DNA from: Octopus vulgaris
Taxonomy: Eukaryota
Length of the DNA: 64,000 bases
Direction: 5' to 3'
Assembly: GCA_951406725.2 (NCBI GenBank)
Contig: OX597832.1
Span: 5,146,001-5,210,000, forward strand
Part shown: positions 37,195 to 51,219 of the stretch, in pieces
Position numbering within the stretch: the stretch's first letter is position 1
Layout of the letters: each line of letters starts with the position of its first letter
Notes under the pieces: generated by a model
The model's input: the letters and a program-made list of their open reading frames with translations, nothing else
What the model was told of the DNA's origin: nothing
Databases searched by the model: none
Made by a program: the position numbers and the translations under genes

Positions 37195-37588
37195 GTTTCT
37201 TTTACTTGTTTCAGTTATTAGACTATGGCCATGCTGGGGCACTGCCTTGAGGAATTTTTAGTTGAACTAATTGACCCCAGTACTTATTTTCTTGTTGAGT
37301 CAGGTACTTATTCTATAGGTGTCTTTTGCTGAACCACCAAGTTACAGGGATGTAAACACACCAACACTGATTGTCAAACAGTAGTGGGGAACCAACACAG
37401 ACACGAAAACACATGCATACACACACATACAAAACTGGCTTCTTACAATTTCTATCTACCAAATCCACTCACAAGGCTTTGGTCAGCCCAAGGCTATAAT
37501 AGAAGACACTTACCCAAAGTGCCACACAGTGGAAGTGAACCTAGAATCATGTGGTTGGGAAGCAACCTTATTACCACACAGCTACACA
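37195..37588 (-). mobile_element. CORE-like tRNA SINE, full length
   Basis: Reverse complement of the family at 59380-59990. Confidence 0.85.
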
Positions 37589-39084
37589 TATATTTATATT
37601 CATGATAGATAAAATTTGTAAAAAAAAAATCAATTTTTATCCAAGTATTGACAATACTGTTTTTATATTTTTATCATATTATAATTAACTCTATACTGTT
37701 TGCATTAATAGCTACATTAGCCTTGTGAGTCACCCACTTAATTCTTTTCTGTACCAGCACGATCCTAGTTGTTATCTTTGAGTAATTCAAAGTATGTCAA
37801 GATGTAAGGATTTAAGAATGTCAAAGGAAAATGAAAAAAAAAAAAAAAAAACTTTCTTGGCAATAAGCTACATGACTGTCACACCAATACATGTACACTA
37901 AATGTACTGTAAGTAAAAACAAAATAAAATAAAAAAGGTTGTTTTTGTCTAATAATTCATTCAAGTGTAATTTAACCATTAATCTTTATGACCAACAATA
38001 TACTGAAATTGTATAATTTGTTGCTTAGAGTATTAATTTGGTAAATAGGATATTCCTGTTAAATGCAAGTGAATTTAAATATCTTACCATCATAAAGAAG
38101 ACACATTTTATAGTGTTGTCCAAAATAAATTATATTTGAAAACATGTTGAATGTTCATGGCTGAGAAGCCTTTGATGATAGGTCTGGTCAATTAGATCCA
38201 GCCCGAGCTTAAATAACCAACATACATAATAAACTGGACACTGAAGAGAATGCAACAGATTGTCCAGGCTGTCACACTGCATTCAGCAGGTGTGTGCAGT
38301 TTGAGTCTCATTTAATCTTTTAGTGTTTAAACCAGCCATACCTGGCCCAGATATTCTACATGTTTTATATTCACAAGTAAATGAGTAAAATTATGACCAC
38401 AAGTACGGATAAGCATGGAACCTAAAGTGAAGATACCAAGTTTTTTTTTTTTTTATCAACTTCTCTTTTAAGAATTGAATGCTGAAGCTGCAGTGTTAAC
38501 ATCTGTGATTCCAGCATCCAATTCAGCCTCCTAATTCTCATCACTCATGAATACAACCCTACGGTATTTAAACTGCTCTATTGTCAGTTGATGCTTACAC
38601 TGTGTAACAAATTAAAAAATTTTTTTTCTTTGGTCAGTAAGTGTTATTTCCTATTTGCTTCTATCTAGAAACCAAAAGAAGTGACTACTATTCCCTTCAA
38701 ACTTTGCTTTTGTGACCTGGACATCAATGTTTCAAAAAGACTCAATGCTGAGTTACTGAAGGTGAAATATTGTTATAGTAAACATTCTGCTCAATACCAC
38801 AGATTTGCTTGTCAGTTGCTTGACCTTAACCACTTGAGCATGTCGCTTAGTGGCTGACAATATGTGAATCTGATTATGAGCAGGAGTAGTGTGGGGCGGC
38901 ATCATAGCCATATGTTAAGAGGAAGACTTTGGGATTTGAGTAAATGTAAGAAAAGCGAAGTTTGAAGGTAATATTAGCCATTTTCATACTTTTTACAGTT
39001 GCTGCCTAAGGACAAAAATCACGATACACAGTGTTAGTGTGCTAATGTAGCCATTGTAATAATGATGATCATTTCTGCTATTTA

Positions 39085-39430
39085 AATGTGTTATTTGATT
39101 AAGCAACTGCTGCATTCCAGTCATGGTGAAAGGTGGAGAAAGCTCGATGGGGGCAGACTGGGTATAGGAGACAGATTGGGTACAGGGTCAGGACCCAGAG
39201 AGTGTATAGATATAAGTCCAATGCTTCTTGGATCTTAATTTTGCCATGGTAGACAGGTCTTATCAAGCACAGCAAAATGCCAATCCTCTTGTTCCTCTCC
39301 ACTGTGCAGCTAAACATTCTGAGACGTTTTCGCTACTTCATCCAACGTCTTCCTAGGTCTCCTACTTTCACAAGTTCCATCCACTTTAAGGAACAGGCAC
39401 TTTTGTTTTTATACAGCTGTTGTCATCCAT
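39085..39430 (-). mobile_element. RTE LINE 3' fragment
   Basis: Minus-strand RRPRKTLDEVA and W.FAVLDKT remnants. Confidence 0.55.
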
Positions 39431-39607
39431 AAAACTGGCTTTTTGTTGGTTATAATGACAAGGGTTCCAGTTGATCCGATCAATGGAACAACTTACTTGC
39501 AAAATTAATGTGCAAATGGCTGAGCATCCACAGATACACATAATCCTAAACATAGTTCTCAAGGAGATTCAATGTAATACAGATGTGACAAAGTTGTTTT
39601 TTTTAAA

Positions 39608-39797
39608 TACTGGAACCCACAGGGGAAAAGGAAGCGAGGATGCCCGAAGCAGATATGGAAGCATTTTGGAGGAGCTCAGAACCACTGGCCTGACATGGGA
39701 AGCAGTCAAGAAACACGCCGATGACCGCAAAAGATGGAAAACAACTGTTGAGGCTGTATGCTCCACAAGGGGCAAAAAGGATTAAGAAGAAGAAGAC
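39608..39797 (+). mobile_element. RTE LINE 3' end with (AAG)n tail
   Basis: ELRTTGLTWEAVKKHADDRKRWKTTVEAVCSTRGKKD*. Confidence 0.7.
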
Positions 39798-40704
39798 AAC
39801 TCATCTTTGCCAGCTGAATGTACTGGAGCAACATGAAATAACAGTATCTTGCTCAAATACTCAATACTTCACCAGTAGTGAACTTATGACCATAGGATTT
39901 TGAGCTGAATATCAACCACTTAGCCATGCACCCTCTATTGCTAGCCATGTGCAAAATATAACCATACCAGTGTAGCCTTCTCTCCTACACACTACATCTG
40001 ATTCCTCTTATGCCTAATTTTCCTCTCAACACATTTGCATTTTGTCGTATGTCCACACTAATATCCACTGGAGAATACTAGCTTCATTATTTTCCCAGTT
40101 GTTGCATGTACTCTGCATTCAGGGTCCACATCTCACGATCATTGTAGTGTTGCTGTTCATACACAGGCATCATACTATCTGTCACTGTTATTCAAGTGGT
40201 GTCCTTTGTTTACTACCTTCTGTATAAATATATTCAACCATAGGAAAATATTACGTTGTTTGGAAACAGATTAATGCTGGCAATAGTAAAAGCATAGCTG
40301 TATAAAAATCAACCGTAAATTCCAACTGACCTATAACAAGCATGCAAAAGTGGATTTAAAAAGATAATGAAATATATATAAGTATATATCATTTTAACAT
40401 CCACTTTTTCATAGATTAGAATTTGTTGCAGTCAATTTTCTATAGCTGGATACCCTTCCTGTCACCAACCCTCACCTGTTTCCAAGTAAGGTAATATTAC
40501 CCTACCCCTACGCTGGACATGTTTTTTCACAGAAGTTTAAAAACAAAGGACACCGCTTGTGTGATGGTGACATAATTAATGTATAGAGCCAAAACAAGAG
40601 AGCACTAACACACTCACATACATACATGCATACAATGGTCTTCTTTCAGTTTCTGTTGACTAAATTGACTCATAAAGCTTAGGTCTGCCCAAGGCTAGAG
40701 AGTA

Positions 40705-41620
40705 GAAGAGCAGGGCCATCTATCTGAGGGGATTTGTGATTTGTCTGCCTTCCTACTTACTATGACTTTGGTTTTTGCAAAGTTAACTCTGAGGCCCCCT
40801 TAAATTCTAGACATTGTTTCCATACCTGGAGCTTCTTCTCTAGCTCAGGTAGTAATTCAGCTATAAGAGCAAGGACATCAGCATAGAGGAGCTCCCAGGG
40901 GCAGCCTGTCTTGAATTCCTCTGTTATTGCCTGGAGGACTATAATGAATAAGATGGGGCTAAGGACTGATCCTTGGTGAATCCCTACTTCTACTTGGAAT
41001 TCTTCACTATACACGTTGCCAACCCTCACCTTACTGACAGCATCCCTGTACAGGGCTTGCACAGCTCTTACCAGCCACTCGTCTATCTCCAGTTTCCGCA
41101 CTGATCACCGGATAAGGGATTGGGGGACTGTGTCAAAGGCTTTCTCCATGTCAACAAAAGCCAAGTACAGAGGTTTATCTTTGGCTAGGTATTTCTCCTG
41201 CAGTTGCCTTACCAGAAATATAGCATCAGTGACACAAAACCAAACTGCATTTCATCTAGATTAACTCCCTCCCTGATTAGTTGAGCTATGACTCTCTTCT
41301 CAACTTTCATCACTTGATCCAACAATTTGATACCTCTGTAATTATTTCTATCTAAGGCATTACCTTTACCATTGTAGCAGTTTACTATGGTGCTGCTACA
41401 CCAGTCATTGGGTATGACTCCTTCATGAACCACCTTATTTACAATATGGGTGACTAGACCATAATCCACACTGCCAGATATTTTAAGCAACTCAGCAGTA
41501 ATTCCTAATGAGCCAAGGGCTTTCCCTGTCTTCATATTCTTAATTGCTTTATCTACCAGGGTACAGTCAATTTGGATAGCTGGTCCCTCAGTTGGGTCAA
41601 CATTTGGCAGACTCTCTCAG
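40705..41620 (-). mobile_element. RTE-clade LINE reverse transcriptase fragment (frameshifted)
   Basis: MKTGKALGSLGITAELLK..NYRGIKLLDQVMKV..QFGFV; VDMEKAFDTVP; GIHQGSVLSPILFIIVLQAITEEFKTGCPWELLYADV. Confidence 0.92.
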
Positions 41621-44209
41621 ATACAATTCTAAAATAGGTTTAGAAATTTTCTTATATAAGTAGTACTTGTGTCTATTTTCATAGACAACCCTTATAAGTT
41701 CAACCCTTATACCAAATAAAACACAATCTTTCTTATTTATATCCTAACAGAAACTAAATGTAGATAAGAATTCCAATATTCAATCTATGATACATAATCT
41801 CAGGAGGAAGAGGAGTTTGAATAATGAAGTAAACCTCTAAAACATTGAATACAGAAATAAAAGGATGGGAATAATTAATTCTAACTTGAGATGGGTTAAC
41901 TAGTAACTACAAAATTAGAGAAATCAAAGAAAGAATCATTACTTGTAAAAGCACCAAGAATAAATCTAGCTTTTGGATTATTCTGTCAAATGCAATGCTT
42001 ATTTATTTGCATTGCTTTGAATTACACATGCATTATCTTGTAGCTTTGAGATTTTGATGATGTGATTGTTTATTTTTAAAATGACATTGTAGGGTATGTG
42101 TGAGTCTGAATATATATAAGGTTGAATATTTGGGCTGGATATGGCTGGTTTAAATGCTAAAGGGTTAAGAAAGTCATCACACTACTGTTCCGTGTTGAGA
42201 GATTTCACACTTACAATAGCCAGTAAAATAACAGAACAAGTCATAAAAATGATAGTAAAAGAACTAACAATCTGTGTGTGTGTGTGAGTGTGTGTGTGTG
42301 TTAATGTCTCCTTGCCTTAACATCACATGATGGTTGTAAAGAAACGCTACTGTCATTGAAGTAGTGTTCTTTATGTTCAGCCTTCCATGAAAGCATGTCT
42401 AGCTACAGGGAGATATTATGTGTGTGTGTGTATGCATGAAAGAAGTACAAATTGCATCAAAAATCTAGACAAAGTGCTGCGTGTGTGTGAAGGAAATACA
42501 ATATAAATTGTGTATCAAAAAATCTAAAGATAAAGTAAGTCAATACAAGGAAAAAGTAATTCAATGCAACTGAAAAATATATATACACACATACAAAGAT
42601 ACATGTATAGATATTAACAATATCCACCAGCCCACCTCTGGCCACTACAAACCTCCAGAACCCTACTCCAATCTCCACCATTCTTCCTTTCACTCTGAGC
42701 ATACTAAATCTGCCTTTGGTCATGTCAACTGTGTAGCATTATTTCAAATTTCAAATCAGAATGTGAGAACATGAAATTTCTTAATGTATGGATAGTACAC
42801 TTGATCAATTGTAGACTCGACATTCCATTGAGCCAAGGCCATTTATTATGCCACCACTCTCCAACAAATCAGATTCCACCTGCTCTCACTTCCCACCCAC
42901 TGGAACACATCTGCAGCTTCAAAATCCTACTCTCTGACCTTACCCACATCACCTCTCCTCACCGTCAAGAAAAATAGGAGCTTAAGCAAATTCCTAGTTA
43001 AAAGCTCCACAGCACCAATTATACACAATGAGGAACTTTTAAATTATAGCAACCCTTTTCCCAACATTAGCAACACTACAACCATCACTAGGCATACGTC
43101 ACAGTACCACATCACCCAAAACTTAGGCTGCAAATCTTCCAACCTAAAACATTGCACCATCTTCAAACTTTGTGATGGTATTTACACTGGGCAAAAGAGA
43201 GAAACTTTGCCTTGCTGATCACTTTTGCAAATATACTTGAAGCATATTTCTACATATGCAGGGACAGCTGGCCAATACTAATTTCAACGAAATTGGCCAT
43301 TTCATTACATATTTATCAATGTGCAGCATCTCTGAACATAATGGATATGCATACTCAAAGAAACTGAAAGAAAAATATTTCATATTCAGTTTCAGAACCA
43401 TGACAGAAATGATTAAAAGTGAACATTTTTCCCCTTTAACACACTGACCTTTCTTATTTCAGTATTAGCATTTCAATCCTTCATCTGCTCCCTCTTACCT
43501 TATTTTATCCCTCCACCTTACTCTTACAAGCTTCTCTTCTTTTTTTCCATTTATCTTTCCTTCTCCCACTCTAAACTAATTTCACTCTTCCATTAAACCT
43601 GTGTGTGTTTCAAGTTGTTTTGCATTTCATAAAGTTTTAAATCACTAAATATATATGATATAAAACTCCATTGTCTTTCTTTGCCCCCTATCCATGAACT
43701 CTGAAAAAAATTACAATCTGAACACTTGAATACTCCCCACAGTAATTTCAAAATATTTCTTGAAATATTAAAAGACTATGAGTAGACCTCCACCAGTCTG
43801 CTTAGAGTATTTGCTATCAGATGACACACATAGCTGGTCAAGTATTTTTCACATTCTCAAAACTTCAAGTAACACAAGGAGATAAGACAACTTGTTAATA
43901 AATACAAATCCAACTATATGAGCTGAGTGCTACTTCAGTTCATTTGTTGCACTATATATATATATATATATATAATTACATATGCATACATGTATGTATG
44001 TGTGGAGGGACATGGCTTAGTGGTAAGGGTGTTGGACTCATGATCATAATTGTTGTTTCGATTCCTGGAACAGGCAATGCATTATGTTTTTGAGCAAAAC
44101 ATTTCATTTCACATTGCTCCTGTCCACTCAGCTAGTAAAAATGAGTAATCCTGCAATAGGCCAGAGTCCCATTCAGGGAGAAATATATATATGTGTGTGT
44201 GTATATATG

Positions 44210-44400
44210 TAGGAGAAGAATTCACAGAAAAAACAAAAGACGAAGACAGGTGGTGTAAACAACAAACAGATGTATTAGTATAAAGCTCGGGAAGTGAAAA
44301 AGTCTTTAACGTTTCGAGCCTACACTCTTCCACAGAAAGGAACACAAAGAAACAAGGAGAGAAAATAAAGAATGTGAAGTGGCTAGCAATCTATCATGGC

Positions 44401-44402
<2 letters not shown>
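44210..44402 (-). mobile_element. Short Penelope-terminus-like element with variant hammerhead, flanked by TA-rich microsatellite
   Basis: Minus strand CCTTT-CTGTGGA-A-GAGT gtag GCTC-GAAA-CG-TT-AAAGA at 44340-44303. Confidence 0.65.
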
Positions 44403-44443
<41 letters not shown>

Positions 44444-44446
44444 TTA

Positions 44447-44911
44447 ACAGAATGAGATAAAAATCCAAGACTGTAAAGATTTCTGAACATTTATAAATAG
44501 ATCTTGCAGCTGTTTCAGGGATATTTTATATATCTCTTCATTGGAGACAGCGTGAGAAAATGGTTAAGCAATAGTTATTCTAGATAAGATATGAAATAGA
44601 GAGTGAAGTGGAGGAATGAAAATAGACGTGAGATATGCAAGGATGTTGTATCTTCAGTTCCATTATTTAGGCAAAATGGTATACATATAAGATTCCTGTA
44701 CGTTGTGATTAAGTTCCAATAGTATTTAAAATTGTTCATTCCAAGCATAGAGTTTGCAAATGGTGTTATTGAATCGAGGGTTATTTTGAAGTCATTTTTT
44801 CACACGGTTTCTGATGAAGGGAGATATAAAATATCCCAGAAATAGCTGTAAGACCTTCTATTTATAAATGTTCTGAAATCTTTACAGCCTTGGATTTTTA
44901 TCTCATTCTGT
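44447..44911. mobile_element. Inverted pair of Penelope pseudo-LTR-like ends, each with a hammerhead motif
   Basis: About 120-bp arms 44447-44566 and 44793-44911; plus strand GGTTT-CTGATGA-..GATAT aaa ATATC..-GAAA-TAGCTG-TA-AGACC at 44806-44855; another copy at 47823-48020. Confidence 0.7.
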
Positions 44912-45219
44912 CAATTTTTTTATATATATATATACACATGCTGACATATGACCTACATTGGACTCCTCATTCGCTTAACTATAGTCTGTCCATAGCACTT
45001 ACTCAACATTACCTGACACCTTTGGGTCTTCTTGACACTATTACCTCTCATAACACATACATACATATATATATGCCAGAGAAACTGGGGAAACTTGCCC
45101 TATGCTCCTTATGGAGTGACATAAACACACACACACATACACACAGAGGAAAGCATGTGCATGTGCATGTATATATATATATATATATATATATATTTTT
45201 TCACTTTCCCATACAAAGA

Positions 45220-47000
45220 ACTACCACACCCTAAAATTAAGCTCAATACCAGTCGAAAGGCATAGGGAATTATATATGAACTCAAAAACAATAACAACAT
45301 TATAACTAAGGAAGCAGATAAGGGAACTGCTGTAAATATTATGGATGCTGAATGCTACAAAAGTGCTGTATTATCTCTGCTACATGATACAACCTATTAT
45401 GAAAAGGTAAACATTTACCAAAGATCAAAGACGATGACAAAACTCAACACTCATTCACCAACACCAAAATGCTTTAACAAACAAAGAATGTGACTACATA
45501 ACTCATTTTGAATGCAAAACTAGCTACTTCTACAGTCTCCCCAAAATTCATAAGAACCAAATCTGTAAAGAATCAATTTCTAATAGTATAAACATGCAAC
45601 ATCTCACTGAGCTTAAATTTAGATCAGTTGTACCAGGTCCTAAGTGTGAAACACACTGACTCAACAGTATTTTAGATATATTACTGAAACTTATCTTAAA
45701 ATACATACTGAATCTTGTAAAGGATGACATAGACTTCTTAAACCACCCCTCAAAATCTGTCTACAAAGATACCATTATTGTACTATTTGATGTAGTAAAC
45801 TTCTATACCATGATCCTGCACCAACATGGACTAAAGCCAATAAGTTTCTGGCTTGAAAACTCCCTCATGAAATCCCAGACAGAACTGGAAAATGTTTCAT
45901 CATTGAAAGACTAAAATTCATCCTTGGAAATAACTTCTTTGACTTTAACGGCAATATTTACAAGCAAATATCTTGGATTGTGATGGATACAAAAGTTGTT
46001 ACAACTTGGGCCAATGAAGTCATGGTATATATGGAGGTTCAGATATATGAACAATCTAAGTTTAAATATGGCTTCAACTTCCATAAGTCTTTACTAGAAA
46101 ACTAGAAATGTTACTTAGATGACTGAGTGATTTTGTGGACACACTTTTGACCAGCTTATTGATTTCAAAAGCCTAATTATCTGCATAAACAATAGTATTA
46201 ACTTCACAATGGAAGACAGTAAAACTCAACTACCATTCTTGGACATTCTAATAATCAAAACAGACATTCATTACAAACCAACATGCCAACGCAATAAATA
46301 TTGAAGAATTATGAAAAATAAAAAACACTTCAGATACACCCAATACTCTACTCTTATTACAACACACAACCCCCAAAACATTATCCACCAGAACATTTTG
46401 CTACTGAGACAAGACCCAAGAATGAAACAAACACTTGAAATATACAAAATAATCATAATCAAAAGACAACTCAAAATCCTTAAAAAAAACTACTCATCAG
46501 CACTAAATTACCTTCCACAAATCCCACACCAACAATCAAAAAGTGTAGACCCTCTTGTGGCAATCTCATTGAAGACAAAAGACATGAACTGAAATCATGA
46601 GAGATTTTTATCATTAAAAACAATCATTTAACTTGTTTGTCAAGAAATATAATATATGTTATTAAATGTAAAGGATGTTACACAGATCGAATAAAACCCA
46701 CTCTCAGAAATAAACTAACTATTCATCTCAACAAATACAATACCCCAGTACTAAACAGATCCCATTGAGAGGACACATAGACATATGTGCAAAAAATATT
46801 TCTCCCAAATTCCAAGTCTTCTCATTTTACCTTTGTTCAGTCAAGCACAACCACAGATCAAGTACAAATAAACAAATACATATATTCATACAAAAATACA
46901 ACCAAGACTGAACTAATTTCACTCTTCAATTAAACCTGTGTGCATGCATTTTCAAGTTGTTTTGCATTTCCTAATAGTTTTAAATCACCAACAACTATTT
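45220..47000 (+). mobile_element. Decayed Penelope-like retroelement (RT + GIY-YIG)
   Basis: KEADKGTAVNIMD, FYSLPKIHK, FDVVNFYT, LGNNFFDFNGNIYKQ, CYLDD, FTMEDSKTQLPFLDILI, NIIYVIKCKGC; 3'UTR piece 46910-46990 recurs at 43575-43645. Confidence 0.88.
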
Positions 47001-48015
47001 ACACACAAACTCATTCTACCATTTAACATGTTGAATTTATACAGCTAACAATCTATACTTTGGACACTAATGCACAAATATAGTGGAGAACAAAATTTAA
47101 TGCCTACATATATAAGATACAAAGCATAAATACTCAGCCACTAGGCTACATAGAAACAACTCTTGTCCACTCTATCACATGACAGATTAAATTTAGAGAT
47201 TTGATAGATAGGGACTGTCATTAGATATGTTCACCCAACAGGGTCAGCTTTAGTTTTCCGTGCAAAAATATTCTCACATGATATTGGTTTCAAATTTAGG
47301 CACAAGGCCAGCAAATTTGTCACATGATATTGATGCATGGACTGAGCTGGGAACCTACAAAACTTTCTAAGCCTAATCATGTGGACATCCTCTACTGCAC
47401 TTGACAGATTAAATTCAGGGAGCCTTGATTGTTTGAGACTATTACTAGACACATTCAATCAACTGTGATAGCTTTAACTTACAGCACCTAATATGTTGAC
47501 ACATGACATTTAAGAACGGATGTAGCGAGAGAGTTACAAAAATTTCTAAACCTAATAACAAGATCATCCTCGGCCAATGAAACTGTATCAAAACCAGATA
47601 CTAATTTGTGCCATGTTCTCTATAAAAACAAAAGAAATTTTGAACTCCAGTCAGAAGCAAGACACTTTTGACATAGCCTCATGTCTTTCTATCTCAACTT
47701 TTGAAAATCAGAGAATTATGTGAAACTGGTGAAGTCATTAAAATTTTTTAATAGAAAATCTATGAATCCCAGCGCATTTTCAACTTCTTATATATATATA
47801 TATATATATAAGAATTTTTTATATAATGAGATAAAAACCAAGGCTGTGTAGACATTAGAACATTTATAGATAGGTCTTACAGCTGTTTTCAGGATATATA
47901 TTAATTATATCTCTTCATCGGAGATGGTGTGAGAGGATGGTTAAGTAATAATCAATTTAGATGGGATACAAAATAGAGAGTGAGGTGGAGGAAAGAAAAC
48001 AGATGTGAGATATAC

Positions 48016-48046
<31 letters not shown>

Positions 48047-49823
48047 AATGCACAGTGAAGGAAAATAGGAATTGAAGAAATCCATGTGAATACTTGAGTC
48101 AATACTCCATACAATAAGCCTGGCTAGCAGAATGTCCAGTGAAGCATATAGTAATCCATATAGGTTAAACACACTGAGCAATATGTACAAACTGTAAATC
48201 CAAGGTTAATCACCAATCAATAGGTTGGTACATTAATCATAGAGAATAACAGCAGTCAGATAAACAATGAAAAATTATATTCTTATCTAACTTTATTCAC
48301 CTACAAACGTTTTAAATGGCTTCACAAACTATTTCCATGTTGTACAATGGCTTGTATGCATAATTAATCAATTAATGAATTACTTAATGGAATAGTTAAC
48401 CTCTAATAATCCTCTACAGAGAATAAGTTTTGAAGTTATAGTGGTAGATTTTCAGATTTTGCTACAAAAACTAGCAAAAGTGGGTTTGTAGGTAACACAT
48501 ACATCAAATTACCTTCTCTAATGTACTATATATTTGCCAAATTCACAGTACTGGGAGGTCAAGACATGACTAAGTATTAGAGTGTGTTAGTCTGTGAGAA
48601 TGTAGCTTAGGGAAAATTACAACTGTCTGACAACTTTATTTGCTGGTCAGTCTGTAGTAGAAGAATATTCAAAGAAACTAGTGGATGAGGAAAGGGAATG
48701 GTCAACTGATAACAAAGTAACTGAGTGTAGAATTTATAAGTAAATCATCCATCATTCATCTTCCATGCTGGCATAGGTTGGATGGTTTAACAGAATCCAA
48801 TGAATGAGAGGAATGTGTCATGCTGCAGTGTCTACTTTGGCATGGTTTCTATTGCTTGATATCAATCCTTAAGTCAACCCCTTTACAGAGTGTACTGTGT
48901 TTATATTCATGGCACCAGCACTAGTGAGGTTGCCATGTTGTTTGCAAGACTAAGAACCTTTGTCAGCTGAATGGGGTTACAATAGAGTGGGGGTGCTTTA
49001 TATTCAACGGTGAAAGGTTACAATATGAAGGAAGGGGCCAACTATACACACATATACACACCGATATACATAGACACATACATGCAAATATAAACATATA
49101 TATAATACATAAGAGTATAAAAAATTGGTATCAGGTTCAATTGTGGCATTTATATCTTTAGACATGATGACTGAGTAGCTACATGAGTATAAATCATAAG
49201 AAGGAAGGAAGTAATAAGATGTGCAGATGGACTTTTACAGCTGTTTCAAGAACAGATGCACATATAGCACACCTTATTCAAAACAAACAGTAACTATCCA
49301 TATAGTAGTGACCTATTCCATCATTGGAGGAGATATGAGGTAGAACTTTGGCAAAGAAAATAAATTGAATGTACCTACTATGTAAATTCACATACATACA
49401 CACACATATATACTTTAATAAACAAACGGTTTAAATGTGAGCAACTGTGAGTTTCATGCTCTGACAGTACAACAGTCACAGTAGTCAGATGAGTTTGTAT
49501 AGTGTGCCATGTACTATCCTGTAATCTTTCAGGCTCAAAATAAAATCATAGCTGCTCTATGAGAAAAAGTCAGAAACGCAGAGAGAATAAAAATTAAATG
49601 TAAAACAAAAAAGAGAAAAGGAGTGAGGGGAGGTAAGAGTTGTGTTCCTTTGGTCCTTTAGAATGGGAATTAACAAACTGTTAGAAAGGGTATCTAGCCA
49701 TAGAAACCATGCCAAAGCAGACATTAGAACTTAATGCAGTCCTGTAGTTTGCAAGCTCCTCTTGGACTGCCTAATCAAAACCAGTATGGACATTTAATGA
49801 TGTGTTTTATCTCTCTCTTTATT

Positions 49824-49858
<35 letters not shown>

Positions 49859-49954
49859 ATATACTCACACACACACAAACATGTATGAAAATACATATTG
49901 AAAGTAATTGAAATTGAAACCATATAATAATGAAAGTATTAATAGTGATGTTAT

Positions 49955-50170
49955 TGTTTCACTTTTGACATGTGATACGGAAACAGTATAAGAGATTGCC
50001 GCGGACTCACATTAGACAAGAAGTTGAAAATACTTTTGGCCCATGATACTACATGAAATCAAAGTAAGGCATGTATAAAATTTGAATGAAATCCATTGGG
50101 TAGTTCTCGAGTTTTAGTGATGCACACATACGGACAGACGGATACACATTCCCAGTTTTGTATATATAGA
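49955..50170 (-). mobile_element. Non-autonomous Helitron-like 5' fragment
   Basis: Minus strand begins TCTATATATA followed by a short (CCGT/CTGT)n tract, typical of small Helitron derivatives. Confidence 0.5.
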
Positions 50171-50231
50171 TACACATGTTATAAATACATAAATTATTTT
50201 TAGTTGTGGAGCTATAAAAAGATAAAGCTAT

Positions 50232-50636
50232 GGATCTTTTCGGTTTGAACGGCAGTTTTTTAAAATAATTTCCACGTAACTAAACACTTTTAAACTTCGT
50301 ATACTGGTAGAATGTGTTTATAAAACATCTTTTTCTCTTGGCTTTATTGAGAAAATTCTATAGTTTGTAAGATATTTGTTTTTTTTCTTCAATTTCTGCA
50401 ATTTCAACCAATCAATGACGTCTATTGAGGTGAAAACATTCTGTGCTGTATGAATATGTCCCTCGTTTAAGAAACATTGGGTTTATTTACATTTCTGAAG
50501 AAAAAAAGATACCCTTCCCCCCACCCCTAACCCTAAAACAGGTTGAAATGCAATAGATCGATACTAGGGTCATAATTATGGGTGACAATTTCATATGACA
50601 CTGCTAGAAAATCTGCCGTTCAAACCGAAAAGATTC
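50232..50636. mobile_element. MITE with GG-starting TIRs and perfect 8-bp TSD (Merlin-like)
   Basis: aaagctat|ggatcttttcggtttgaacggcag...ctgccgttcaaaccgaaaagattc|aaagctat. Confidence 0.85.
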
Positions 50637-51041
50637 AAAGCTATAAATAATGGGGCTACTAGCTTAGTGGAGGGGTGTGGTAGGGGCGGTACTTTTCATT
50701 CTGTTGTGGGCAATGTTTTTTGTGGGGTGGGAGGCGGAAAACGGAAGGACCACCCTGAGCGGCACACACTCTAGCTATGCTAGTGAATAGGGCATTGAAA
50801 ATTGAGTTACAAAAACCCTGTGGATGGAAAAATGCTGACAGCTAGCCACAGAACATGAACTCACAACTTCTGTAAACATGAGATATGCTGAAGAGCTCAT
50901 TCATGATGCAGAAAACTTGTAACACAAGGCACTCCTGCTACAACCATTTTAGGACATCTTTTAAATACACAATCAATTGTGCACTGAGAGCTACATTATG
51001 GAATGTGGTTATACTTTTTAGACTTTAAAGGTACATTAATA

Positions 51042-51095
<54 letters not shown>

Positions 51096-51219
51096 GTGCA
51101 TTCGCTGCTGATGAAACACGTGTAGGTCTGGAGAATATGCTGTAAATAACAGTTAAAATTTATGGATGTGAAAAAAATCTCCACTCTCATTATTAATGTT
51201 TTATATATATATATATATA

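Noticed and set aside
47351-47572. Two similar ~40-bp segments (acaaaa.tttctaa.cctaat..catcctc) 180 bp apart
   Set aside because: Too short and diverged to interpret; probably internal to an old element
50525-50537. Telomeric CCCTAA repeat
   Set aside because: Only two units, internal to a MITE
51105-51130. CTGATGAAACACGTGTA hammerhead-like string
   Set aside because: Helix II is absent; at most a deleted remnant
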